Sequence record: OP123707.1
Reading direction: 5' to 3' (one strand)
DNA: 64,000 bases
The notes under the pieces are model-generated. The model searched no databases and had not been told where the DNA came from. It saw only the letters and a program-made list of their open reading frames with translations. Below, piece by piece: positions 30,843 to 40,233 of the stretch (within the stretch, counting starts at the first letter, position 1; each line of letters opens with the position of its first letter). Position numbers and translations under genes: made by a program.

Positions 30843-31610
30843 ATGAGCAAGAAACCCACCCTAGACGACAATGAATACTTTGATCGAAAACGTATGATGC
30901 TAGATAAGTGTTTGAAAGATCATACTTCTGGTAAATTTAAAAGTTCTTTTTCTTCACCGTGCAGACTCCCACACTATGAATTTTTTAGCCGTATCTCGGT
31001 AGATTTCTTAAATGAAAGTAAAAAGGAACAGATTACCAAACTAACGGGAATATTCCCTTGTTACATTGGCGTGACAGAAGTCCACCCAAATTTGTTATTA
31101 AATGAAATTGATGTTGGTGATGTTCTTTCACTTCAATTGTTTGCAGACAAAGGTAAACTTATTTTAGAAAAGGCTTCTGGGATTTTCTCACATCCGGTAC
31201 ATCATGATATTGAACATTCGATTAGTAAAGTTGAGAATTTCGTATTAACTACAAGGTATCAAGTCCGCGGTGTAACATACAGTCTTAAATCCAATTCATA
31301 CTTTTTAGGACCGAAGGCAGTAGACCGTAAAACCTTTTCCGACGCCTTAGTGTTCTGTGATCATCTCATAGCTCATGGTGTGGGTTCGTGGGGGTATGTT
31401 AACTGTCCGGGCTATGACGAGGTAGATAAAAATGAATACCCGTTATTCGTTAATGCAATTGCTCAGCAGCGCAACCTTGAAAATAAACTAATTGTTCTGA
31501 GTGAAGAACCTGGAATGGAGGAAAGCTTAGAGCTGTTAGTGAAAGCGGGGTATATTTCACCTGACTGGACTAAAGACATCACCAACGTAAACCCACCAAA
31601 AGACTACTAA
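30843..31610 (+). CDS. Hypothetical early protein, paralog of 29873..30796
   Basis: Shares EYFDRK, S[IL]Q[IL]FAD and SYFLGPK motifs with the previous gene; AAGGA RBS. Confidence 0.75.
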   Translation: MSKKPTLDDNEYFDRKRMMLDKCLKDHTSGKFKSSFSSPCRLPHYEFFSRISVDFLNESKKEQITKLTGIFPCYIGVTEVHPNLLLNEIDVGDVLSLQLFADKGKLILEKASGIFSHPVHHDIEHSISKVENFVLTTRYQVRGVTYSLKSNSYFLGPKAVDRKTFSDALVFCDHLIAHGVGSWGYVNCPGYDEVDKNEYPLFVNAIAQQRNLENKLIVLSEEPGMEESLELLVKAGYISPDWTKDITNVNPPKDY

Positions 31611-31658
31611 TTTTTAAACCAACCACAATCACAACAATTTAATTTAAGGATATTTTCC

Positions 31659-32057
31659 ATGACTATCAAGAAAGAAGGCACTCTAAACCAAGTACGCATT
31701 TTCGCTCTAGTGCAACTAAGCAGTTGGATCTACCGCCACCACAAAGTGAAAAGCATTAAAGCGATGGCAGAAGATGCCAAGGTAAATCCTTCAACCCTCA
31801 GCAGCATTAAGAACGGTTCGATTAAGAGCATTTCGCTTAACCGTATCTTACACATCATGGACGAGTTGAACATCGACTACACTGTCCAGATTGTTCGTCG
31901 CCGAGGGGTGACACACCACTCTTTCCAAATGGATGTTTACAACGTTCGTAAGTCAGACTCTAAACAACCTGACATCAGTTTCACGGCAGAGTACAACGCC
32001 ATGAAGTCTCATTACGAATTGAATCAAACTGGATTCAATAACGTCGCTTACCTATAA
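31659..32057 (+). CDS. XRE/Cro-C1-type helix-turn-helix protein
   Basis: SIKAMAEDAKVNPSTLSSIKNGSIKSISLNRILHIMDEL matches the XRE HTH pattern. Confidence 0.7.
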   Translation: MTIKKEGTLNQVRIFALVQLSSWIYRHHKVKSIKAMAEDAKVNPSTLSSIKNGSIKSISLNRILHIMDELNIDYTVQIVRRRGVTHHSFQMDVYNVRKSDSKQPDISFTAEYNAMKSHYELNQTGFNNVAYL

Positions 32058-32064
32058 CCAACAC

Positions 32065-32105
32065 ACTCGGGGATCCTTCGGGGTCCTCGGGTAGTTTTAT
32101 TTTTT
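32065..32105 (+). terminator. Intrinsic terminator
   Basis: ACTCGGGGATCC-TTCG-GGGTCCTCGGGT followed by a T-run. Confidence 0.85.
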
Positions 32106-32201
32106 GCACTTTAAGTAAATATTTTTTAACTGCAAAAAGCATACTAATGGGGAGGGGGAGAAAGATTGAAAAACATCGAAGATAATTTAATTAATATATA
32201 G

Positions 32202-32312
32202 TTAAATATACCTTAGAGTATGTATGACATTACGTAGTGATGGAGTACATACGGTGAGTGTTGTAGTACGCAGTACGAAGACACGATAAAAAGGTATTTA
32301 ACGTTACTCACC
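32202..32312 (+). ncRNA. Candidate structured leader or ncRNA (three-way junction)
   Basis: Hand-found pairings 32202-14/32291-301, 32218-24/32246-52, 32258-62/32280-84 and an alternative 32253-59/32306-12. Confidence 0.35.
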
Positions 32313-32354
32313 CTCTCAATAACAACCCTTACTATCTAACGAAGAGATATAATC

Positions 32355-33203
32355 ATGTACAATAAAGATAAAGTATTCACTACTAAACATGCATCAAAGT
32401 TTGAAAACAACATCCTGTTGCAAGAACCGGAGTTGTTGAGTCTATATCGCACCGTCCTAAACTTCGATTACTATTACGACTACAGTGATGACATCAGAGT
32501 GTGGCGTAGCGGTAGTGAAGTGAAGAAATCCATCCTTGAACAATTAAGCTTCAACGAATTGCATCCTTACTACCCATTGCTACAGAAGTTATACGCGGCT
32601 AAAGGGGACCGTTCAGCCATCGAGGGAATGGATAATCCATTTGCTGACTACATGAAGAAGTACAATGACCCTTCTATGGAGTTCTACCATTTCTTACATC
32701 ACTTGGATCTACTTGGTGTGACGGAACTGCAAATGGCGCACATGATTCGTGCTGCTCGTTTCATTGCTCGTTTTCTTATTGCTCATACAGAAGCGCAATC
32801 TCCGATGCCGGTTTACCCATACAAGTTGATCTATACCAAAGAACTTGGGGTGAAGAATACTGCGAGTGATTTGAAAGATAAGATGTGTGCTCCGGTTCCT
32901 ATCCAACGCTATTTAAAACGTTACATTAATCGCGTGGAGTTTGAGGACTTCGAATCTTTCGGGATGGTCTCCTCAGCGGCAGGTACCTCTAGTACGGTGC
33001 TCTTTGATGTCAAAGAAGAGATGAGCTTAGAACTGGCTTACATCAAAGGCTACCATTTCTCGGTTCCTTATTCGATCTCTGACAAACTACGTACTTCATT
33101 TGATCGTTCGGATATCCGTTTCGTTAAACTGGTGTGTGACGTGCTTTCTCATAAAGCAAGTGTTGATGAGTTGATGGGAACCAAATACATTGCGAGAGCG
33201 TAA
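32355..33203 (+). CDS. Hypothetical protein with N-terminal DYYYDYSDDxRVW motif
   Basis: 282-aa ORF; function not recognised. Confidence 0.7.
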   Translation: MYNKDKVFTTKHASKFENNILLQEPELLSLYRTVLNFDYYYDYSDDIRVWRSGSEVKKSILEQLSFNELHPYYPLLQKLYAAKGDRSAIEGMDNPFADYMKKYNDPSMEFYHFLHHLDLLGVTELQMAHMIRAARFIARFLIAHTEAQSPMPVYPYKLIYTKELGVKNTASDLKDKMCAPVPIQRYLKRYINRVEFEDFESFGMVSSAAGTSSTVLFDVKEEMSLELAYIKGYHFSVPYSISDKLRTSFDRSDIRFVKLVCDVLSHKASVDELMGTKYIARA

Positions 33204-33205
33204 CT

Positions 33206-33712
33206 ATGGAAGTGAATCATTATGTTCGGGATTGGTTAACGAATAATGATCGGGATATGTGTTGTGCGGAGTTCTTTATCCGCACAGACTACAATGGGAA
33301 GTTTTACACTATGGGGTATTCGATTAAGAACCGAAATCTCTGTAGTGTATTCCTAATGGCTGATCGTGGTCAAGAGGTCCTCCCCGAAGAGTACCGTTAC
33401 CACAACGCACATATTGCGGACCTGATCACCACACTGGATAGAGTACATGATCTGTTGTGCAAATACAGTGAATCACCGTACGCCCCACGTCATTGGTGTG
33501 TGGGGCACATCGACGTCTACAACTCTGTGAACATCTCTTTACAGTCACGGGTTGCCGGTCGTCATCAGTTGTTGTTTCAAATAGGGACAAAGACAACACA
33601 TTTTAACCTATCCACGAAATCGATGATTGATGTGATCTTTAGTCTTATGGACATGGCGAAAGACCATAAACGTAAACTAGAAGGACTCATTGTTCATGAA
33701 GAATCTAAGTAA
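33206..33712 (+). CDS. Hypothetical protein
   Basis: 168-aa ORF coupled to the previous gene. Confidence 0.65.
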   Translation: MEVNHYVRDWLTNNDRDMCCAEFFIRTDYNGKFYTMGYSIKNRNLCSVFLMADRGQEVLPEEYRYHNAHIADLITTLDRVHDLLCKYSESPYAPRHWCVGHIDVYNSVNISLQSRVAGRHQLLFQIGTKTTHFNLSTKSMIDVIFSLMDMAKDHKRKLEGLIVHEESK

Positions 33713-34196
33713 ACGAGCTTTTCTTGGGGACCAGGGATTGAACCTTGTCCAGTACAGTTCACGAATCACCACCGGGGGAGTAATGGATATGACGTTCTCG
33801 TTATTCATCGGTCAAGATGTTACCCTCCATCGGAGTTTCGTGATCGTTGGGAACAAGAACTTCGAACACGATAAAGAAGACGCCTTTGCAAAAATAGAAA
33901 GGTTGACAGACACTCTTTCTCGTTACATTTCGAGGTTGGAGATCAACCAAGACTTTGTTGATCATCGAGGGATTGGGACAATGACCGATCCCGTGACCAA
34001 AGAGTACCATGGTGAATCCAGCACCGTTCACATACAAGCCATCGGACCGGAAGTGATTTTTTCCATCACCAGTTGTGAGCACAAAATCCGCACAACTTAT
34101 GATCGGACAGAAACCACCCGTCTTTTAAAGTGTATACAGAAACACTTAGAAACCCATTTGAGAGACGCTGAACAGCTGCTCCTCGAAAACGAATAA
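33696..34196 (+). CDS. Hypothetical protein
   Basis: Start taken at ATG 33696 (AAGGA 10 nt upstream); overlaps the previous stop. Confidence 0.65.
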   Translation: MKNLSKRAFLGDQGLNLVQYSSRITTGGVMDMTFSLFIGQDVTLHRSFVIVGNKNFEHDKEDAFAKIERLTDTLSRYISRLEINQDFVDHRGIGTMTDPVTKEYHGESSTVHIQAIGPEVIFSITSCEHKIRTTYDRTETTRLLKCIQKHLETHLRDAEQLLLENE

Positions 34197-34209
34197 CAAG
34201 GACTACATT

Positions 34210-34617
34210 ATGTCTACTAACAAACGAGCTTACATTGATCACTACCGTCTACTGCTAGGGATGGAAGCAAAACTGAAACCCGTCGATCTCGACCGAGGGG
34301 AACGTTTAGCAAAAGAGATGGAGATAACTGATAAAGAAGCCACAGCGCTCTTTACCGTACTTTATTTCCATATCCGTAGTCACGTTCGTATCAGCCATGA
34401 AAAGGCTGTCATCGTAGCGTACACGACGTCTGAAGGTGTCCGATTATTAGGAACAGGCATATCCCGAGACAACGTGGTTCTTGAGATCATCGCCATCCCG
34501 AGTAAGTTTGTTCAGGATGAAGATTTAGTTGTGAACTTAGCGGACCTCGCTTTAGGGTATTTTGAGACCTTAATCGAAGTAGCAACGTATGCTTTGAAAC
34601 AAGGAGCGACCGCATGA
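34210..34617 (+). CDS. Hypothetical protein
   Basis: 135 aa, AAGGA RBS. Confidence 0.65.
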   Translation: MSTNKRAYIDHYRLLLGMEAKLKPVDLDRGERLAKEMEITDKEATALFTVLYFHIRSHVRISHEKAVIVAYTTSEGVRLLGTGISRDNVVLEIIAIPSKFVQDEDLVVNLADLALGYFETLIEVATYALKQGATA

Positions 34618-35054
34618 TCATGCACTACGTGAGATTCTTCCAGGAATTGTATTTCCGGGTAGTTTATCGTTTGGACCCTAAGCAAGAAATGTTCAAGGGG
34701 TATTTAAAACATTACTTGGGTTGCTTAGGAGTGGATGAAACAAAACATCATGTCCACAACGAACGCATCACTCGTCAAATCGAATACCTCACACAACACG
34801 GATACCGTACGGACTTCCATGGCGCGGTCTTTATTGCCGGGTGCATTTACGCACAGTTCACGTTACGCTATCCGATGCACCACCAATGTTTGTCTTTTGG
34901 TTGTGCCTTAGCCGACCTGTTTCGACATCGTCACGAGCTTAAAGAAAAGGCTCAAGAAGTCGTCATCAGTGAAACGTTAGAACGAGTGTACTTAACAGAG
35001 ACTCGTCAGTTATACAAAGATCTAAATAAAGCGATCAGTTCGATCATCAGTTAA
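34614..35054 (+). CDS. Hypothetical protein
   Basis: 146 aa, ATGA overlap and AAGGAG RBS. Confidence 0.65.
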   Translation: MIMHYVRFFQELYFRVVYRLDPKQEMFKGYLKHYLGCLGVDETKHHVHNERITRQIEYLTQHGYRTDFHGAVFIAGCIYAQFTLRYPMHHQCLSFGCALADLFRHRHELKEKAQEVVISETLERVYLTETRQLYKDLNKAISSIIS

Positions 35055-35078
35055 TCAACCTTCTATTAGGAAAAAATT

Positions 35079-37166
35079 ATGAAAAATCTAGACAACCGCA
35101 ATACATCACTTGGACTGGAAGTGGAAGGACCTACCGCTATGGAGGTGAGTGCGGTATTAAACAGCTTAACTGACCACATTAACCGTCAGGGTGTTAATTT
35201 TTACGACCTAGCGAAATCACTCACTGAAAGAGAATTAGTTGCGATCGAAGCGTTCTTGGAAGGTAAACATCCCAACATCATGACGGATAAAGACGGACAG
35301 AATACTTTAACTCAGCTGGTACTCACAGGGCGTTCGATCAAAACCATTTCGAAATCGATTGCCGATGCCATGGGAGTGGATCTGAGGACCCACAGTGTCT
35401 CCTCAGAGATTTCACTGTATTCACTTGGTCGAATGTTGTTGTCAACGTTCATTCCAAGCACACCTTTAGATGGTGCACCACTATTGGGAGACGCACTGTT
35501 CTTTGGATTAAATTTTCTAAATAGTTCAATTAAATTATCTCCCGATGATGTGATCAAACTTACGAAAGTCATCGAAGGGAGATTCCCTAATGATCAAGCA
35601 GTGTTATCATTGATCGCACCTCCAGCACAAGGCAAGATCCAAGCTGGCACGCTACAAACCCGAGGTCAACGTATGGACATTCACCCTATGAATAACCAAT
35701 ATACACCTGTTGAAGGTTTCACAGAAGTAGTCGGTGGAATCATTAACCAATTAAAACAAGGCAAAGAAGAAGAGTTGTTAACCAAAACTTCTTATTACCT
35801 ATTCACTCAAATTTCAAAGGAATTGAGTTCAAAATTAGGAATCCATGATTCACGAGGTAACATTTCTGTACTCCGTGCTTTTGTGGATAAACTGGAACAA
35901 TTGTCTTACATCACCTCAGTCTTAGTGAGTGTTGCTAACAACACTTCAATTCAAAGACTGGACCCTAATGACGGTTCTCCGATCTTCGTCAGAGGTGTTC
36001 AATCACTGAAGACCCTACTGAGTTTAGGTGACCAAGAAAACTTTAGTCCTCTCTATCTTGCGGTGTTGTTAGGGAAACGTTCGTTCAACAAAAACCACCT
36101 CACCAAGGAACAGGTGGATCATTTACACAGTGTGTTGGACCAAATCCATTTACCTCAGGAACACAAAGCTGCTATCTATGGGTCCTACATCGTTAATAAA
36201 CCAAAAATCACTCCGGTTAAATATAGTGAGGAGCTGTCAAAAGCTGTCGTTTGTAGCCGTGGTGTAGCGGCTTTAGAGCACGCGCTAAAAGAAAGGAAAA
36301 TCGTTTTACCAGCGGACATTAGTTTGAATCAATTAAAAGACTTCTGGTGTCAAATGTTGACCGTTCCAGCAGCTGAACTGGGTGGTAAATTCCCGACCGA
36401 ATTCTTTGATGTGATTCATGATGCTGCTCGTGCCATGGCAGAAGAAGAACACGGTTTTTACGATTCTGCGCTTAGCTTGTTAAACGCACTGCATGCTCTG
36501 CGTGTTGCTTCACTAGAAGAAATTGAAGAGGACATCAATTCACTCAATTCAATTATCTCGCGTGCCCGTGACAATGCGCGCAAAATACTTGAAGAAGAGT
36601 CCCCATGGATTCTAGAAGTGAAAGAGCTCAATCAAGAACAAACGAAGGAGCTTGAAATGTTATGCAAAAACCCACTGTATGTTTTGGCATTGGCAACTCT
36701 TCCACTTCGTACGTCTGAAATGAAAGAGGGTTCTAATGGCGGGGTGTCAGCACAATCTACTGAGTTAACTCAACACGTCCATCTGACTCCAGAGGTTGAC
36801 TTAAACGTTACCATAGGTCCAGTTGAAATGGTGAAACTCCAAGATGTGATCGATGAATCTAAAGTCATCAAGTTCATCATGGATACACTGCGTGCTGATA
36901 AGGTTCATGATCAATTACCCAAAGGTTGTGATCAAACTTACGTCATCCACGAATACCTAGAAAAGCGACCAGTGTCTGTACAAACAGTCTGTCGCGCCCT
37001 AGGGTTCATTTATTCCAAAGAGAACCGCATGGAACTCGCCAAAGAGATTGAAGACACGTACCACTACTTCGTAACCAAACCAACGAAGTTAGCGGAAGCA
37101 CCTGACGATGAATTACGTCTTCAGATTGGAAAACGTTTATTCACCGCTTTGGCTAAATGGAATTAA
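35079..37166 (+). CDS. Large hypothetical helical protein
   Basis: 695 aa, AGGA RBS, followed by a terminator. Confidence 0.75.
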   Translation: MKNLDNRNTSLGLEVEGPTAMEVSAVLNSLTDHINRQGVNFYDLAKSLTERELVAIEAFLEGKHPNIMTDKDGQNTLTQLVLTGRSIKTISKSIADAMGVDLRTHSVSSEISLYSLGRMLLSTFIPSTPLDGAPLLGDALFFGLNFLNSSIKLSPDDVIKLTKVIEGRFPNDQAVLSLIAPPAQGKIQAGTLQTRGQRMDIHPMNNQYTPVEGFTEVVGGIINQLKQGKEEELLTKTSYYLFTQISKELSSKLGIHDSRGNISVLRAFVDKLEQLSYITSVLVSVANNTSIQRLDPNDGSPIFVRGVQSLKTLLSLGDQENFSPLYLAVLLGKRSFNKNHLTKEQVDHLHSVLDQIHLPQEHKAAIYGSYIVNKPKITPVKYSEELSKAVVCSRGVAALEHALKERKIVLPADISLNQLKDFWCQMLTVPAAELGGKFPTEFFDVIHDAARAMAEEEHGFYDSALSLLNALHALRVASLEEIEEDINSLNSIISRARDNARKILEEESPWILEVKELNQEQTKELEMLCKNPLYVLALATLPLRTSEMKEGSNGGVSAQSTELTQHVHLTPEVDLNVTIGPVEMVKLQDVIDESKVIKFIMDTLRADKVHDQLPKGCDQTYVIHEYLEKRPVSVQTVCRALGFIYSKENRMELAKEIEDTYHYFVTKPTKLAEAPDDELRLQIGKRLFTALAKWN

Positions 37167-37171
37167 TCACC

Positions 37172-37210
37172 GTAGAGCCTCCTAGGAGGCTCTACATTCT
37201 TTCTTTTTAT
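37172..37210 (+). terminator. Terminator formed by a perfect 24-bp palindrome
   Basis: GTAGAGCCTCCTAGGAGGCTCTAC at 37172..37195, then a T-rich tract. Confidence 0.8.
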
Positions 37211-37227
37211 TTTTCTTAGGTGTTTGT

Positions 37228-37566
37228 ATGCCTTTAAGCAATGACATTGAATCTCCGGTGTTTAGGGAGCTTTACCAGCATCTTAATAAACAAGAGTATC
37301 AGCTCAAAGATTTTGAAGATCCACATTTAAAGTCGGAACTTCAAGAACAACTCACCGGTGATCTGTTTGAGATATTTCGTCCTCACGTCATGAAGCGTCC
37401 GGACTTACAAGAGAAATACCAAACGGCAGATTTAAGAGTTCACGTACACTTAACTCCATATGAAGTTCGGTGTTGTGTGAAACCGGTGGTCGTGGAACTG
37501 GCCCATGACCTGATGCAGGATTCGTTACCTGACTACAGTAAGCTACGGGATTCGTTCAGTAAATAA
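37228..37566 (+). CDS. Hypothetical protein
   Basis: 112 aa, AGGTG RBS. Confidence 0.6.
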   Translation: MPLSNDIESPVFRELYQHLNKQEYQLKDFEDPHLKSELQEQLTGDLFEIFRPHVMKRPDLQEKYQTADLRVHVHLTPYEVRCCVKPVVVELAHDLMQDSLPDYSKLRDSFSK

Positions 37567-37617
37567 ATTATGTCCCTATATTACCTAAAGGTAACGACAA
37601 CAATGAAAGGAGTTTAA

Positions 37618-37902
37618 GTGAATTTACCGGCACTAGCGGGTGCGGTCTTTGGAGCAGGGATTACCTATGCCACAACCGAATCCAAAACCTTGACTCTTCT
37701 AAGTGCGTCCGCGGGTTTAATAACCACGGGTATATTGAGCTCAGACCAAAACGACTATTCCGGTCCGGGTGATTTTTGTAAAGCCGCGTGTGCGTCGATG
37801 TCCCCTATTTTGTTCTATGAAAAAGAACAGGAGGAAATCCCTCTTTTTCCAGAAGACGAGGATGATTACGATATCTTGGACATGCCACTTTGGTTTGATT
37901 AA
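37618..37902 (+). CDS. Small membrane protein with glycine-zipper hairpin and acidic tail
   Basis: GTG start with AAAGGAG RBS; LAGAVFGAGITY...SASAGLITTGIL. Confidence 0.65.
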   Translation: MNLPALAGAVFGAGITYATTESKTLTLLSASAGLITTGILSSDQNDYSGPGDFCKAACASMSPILFYEKEQEEIPLFPEDEDDYDILDMPLWFD

Positions 37903-37912
37903 ATGCAGTATA

Positions 37913-37944
37913 AACTCCTACCTCCTTAACGGGAGGTAGGAGTT
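37913..37944. terminator. Bidirectional terminator (ACTCCTACC family)
   Basis: AACTCCTACCTCC/GGAGGTAGGAGTT stem between convergent genes, with a long T-run to the right. Confidence 0.85.
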
Positions 37945-37973
37945 ACTTTTCTCTTTTATTTTTTTTTGTTTAA

Positions 37974-39512
37974 TTACGCATCCCAATCGTCAAACTCATC
38001 ACCGTTCTCATCGAGTTGAACTTTGAACGAACGACGACATTGGTTCTTGCCATTGATGTCATGCATCAAGCCTTTGGTTGGGTCGAGGTTGTAAATACCG
38101 AATCGGTCACTTAACGGAGAACCTTCCCCACCACGAGCTTTACCCAGACACCATGTGAAGTACGCTTTATCATCCCCCATCTTCGCAACGTGGAATGTGA
38201 ACTCGTAATCCACTTCGTTCGTAATCTTAGTCGAGGTTTCCGTCATGGACTTACCACCGACTTCACGAGCAAAGTAAAGTTCCGATTCATCATCAGCTTC
38301 TCGTAAGTGTTTCTTAGCTTCCGGAGATAACTGGTGAGGGGTCACAAACGCAATACCACGGTTTACCATGAACGCTCGGGTTCTGCGGTACAGGTCTTGG
38401 AGTTTGTCACCTTTGGTTTCACCTGTCATGCCTTTCAGGTCAGCCATCGCCAAATAGTCGTAAGCGTAGAAAATGACTTCGTGGCCTTTCATCTCTAACT
38501 TGCGAATACGGTCAGTGATGTTGTAGTAGTTATCTTCCGTCGGGTTAACGCGGTTGATCTTTAACACCCAACCGTTTTCAGAGAACGCATCGATAATCAC
38601 CTTAGCGATTTCTAGGGCAGGAGTATTTGCAAAGTCACCATTTTCACCTGTACGGTTTACCATGATGAGTTTGTAGATACGCTCGATGATTACGTCCAAT
38701 GCATCTTCCGCTGAATCCAACAGTACGGTAGGAATGCGACTGCGGTCACGCAACATCGGCTTGTTGTATAAACCAACCGACGCAACGACGTGTCCCAGAC
38801 CGAATGATTTACCACGGTTAGTCAGAGCGTTAATCAAATAGAACTTACCACGACGCAAACCACAATCCGGATACAGTGCACGGTTCATGCCTTGGAGACC
38901 CAACTTAAGCACACCCTCAGCAGAAGACTCTTCTTTAGCGCGTTCAATGATGGCGGTGAACGAATCAGGGTCATCCGTATCGACTGACTCAACCAACGAT
39001 GGGTCCGTATCCCCTAACATCTTTTCCGTCAGTTTCTGTTCGATCATCTCCGCCAAGGCTGCCCATTTTTCTTTGGTCATTTTAGACGGGTCACCGAAGA
39101 ACGGTTCTTTAATGGCTTCCTTAAAATCCAATCCGAACTTCTCATCGGAGCGCGCTTTACGGATTTCTTTGATGTGTTGATAGATGACTTGACGAGTACG
39201 TTCTTCTGACGGGTAATCCTCTAGGCCGTATTCAATACTGCTTTTAAGTTCAGGAGCTTCTTTAGAGAAGTCCAGTACACGTTGCATCAAATTGGATTTT
39301 ATGACCGCTTCATCTTTAGGCTGGTCTAAAACCCACTTAATCGTATCTCGGATAGAACCTTCTATCTTTTTATCTTGAGTAAACACATCCCCTTTCGTCT
39401 CAGGGATCAGCTCCAAGGTATCGAGCAATTCTCGAGTCAAAGATTCGTCTGTGAGTTTACTTGCCTGATAGAGAGACGTTAGTATCTTGACTAATTGTAA
39501 CAGCGGACTCAT
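37974..39512 (-). CDS. dnaB: DnaB-like replicative helicase (phiKZ gp118-like)
   Basis: Walker A-like INALTNRGKSF, LDSAED, YAYDYL, TPHQLS and GKARGG motifs of SF4 helicases; sits upstream of the capsid gene. Confidence 0.88.
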   Translation of the reverse strand: MSPLLQLVKILTSLYQASKLTDESLTRELLDTLELIPETKGDVFTQDKKIEGSIRDTIKWVLDQPKDEAVIKSNLMQRVLDFSKEAPELKSSIEYGLEDYPSEERTRQVIYQHIKEIRKARSDEKFGLDFKEAIKEPFFGDPSKMTKEKWAALAEMIEQKLTEKMLGDTDPSLVESVDTDDPDSFTAIIERAKEESSAEGVLKLGLQGMNRALYPDCGLRRGKFYLINALTNRGKSFGLGHVVASVGLYNKPMLRDRSRIPTVLLDSAEDALDVIIERIYKLIMVNRTGENGDFANTPALEIAKVIIDAFSENGWVLKINRVNPTEDNYYNITDRIRKLEMKGHEVIFYAYDYLAMADLKGMTGETKGDKLQDLYRRTRAFMVNRGIAFVTPHQLSPEAKKHLREADDESELYFAREVGGKSMTETSTKITNEVDYEFTFHVAKMGDDKAYFTWCLGKARGGEGSPLSDRFGIYNLDPTKGLMHDINGKNQCRRSFKVQLDENGDEFDDWDA

Positions 39513-39557
39513 AAATGCTCCAATTTAATGTATATCTTTAAAGGTTAAAGGTTGAAT

Positions 39558-40130
39558 ATGAAATTTGTGAATAAAGGTCTGTCTGGTCCTCAAACCGTTT
39601 GGGTGCTAACGGACCAACAATTGTTCAGTCTTGAAAAAGCAGGTATAGGATTTGATCAGTTATCAAAACTTCCTAAACACTTGGACGAGTTATCTGAACA
39701 AGACGTGATTGACATTGCGATTACACAATATCGCGCCGGCTTAAAACTTGGGTTGGAAATCGAACCGATTGATGTGTTCGAACAATTTAATGATGACTAT
39801 AAAGATATCCTGCTCAGTAAAATTAAATCTGAACAGAACCGTCTTTCTAAGGTTGAACACTTTAAAGAGTTTACTAACTACAGTAAATTCTATGTACAAA
39901 ACTCCAATGGTATGTTGGTGTTAGTCATCGCGGACCCGAAAGTGTCCATGAATTATATTGGTGAACTCTGTGCTTCGTTCACTGAGCTACATACCCCTTC
40001 GTATACTGAAGCGTTGTTAAAAGCGATTTACTTGTCCTATGGTTACCTTTACCTTCATAATAAAGAATGTAACCCGGTTCTCCCAAGTGCTTCCTTTGGC
40101 ATGGCCGATGTTTATAAAGCGCTGGTTTAG
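39558..40130 (+). CDS. Hypothetical protein (position of phiKZ gp119)
   Basis: Start taken at ATG 39558 (AAAGG RBS); lies between the helicase and capsid genes. Confidence 0.6.
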   Translation: MKFVNKGLSGPQTVWVLTDQQLFSLEKAGIGFDQLSKLPKHLDELSEQDVIDIAITQYRAGLKLGLEIEPIDVFEQFNDDYKDILLSKIKSEQNRLSKVEHFKEFTNYSKFYVQNSNGMLVLVIADPKVSMNYIGELCASFTELHTPSYTEALLKAIYLSYGYLYLHNKECNPVLPSASFGMADVYKALV

Positions 40131-40233
40131 TTAGGTTGTAACATTCTATGTGCAACTAAAAGCACAAACAAATATTTGTTTATGTTTTATCATTAAAAAA
40201 TAGAATACATTTTTTCGATAAAGGAAAAGAGTA

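Noticed and set aside
32218-32284. Hammerhead ribozyme or known riboswitch in the structured spacer
   Set aside because: The CUGAnGA/GAAA core and recognisable aptamer motifs are absent; kept only as an unknown structure.
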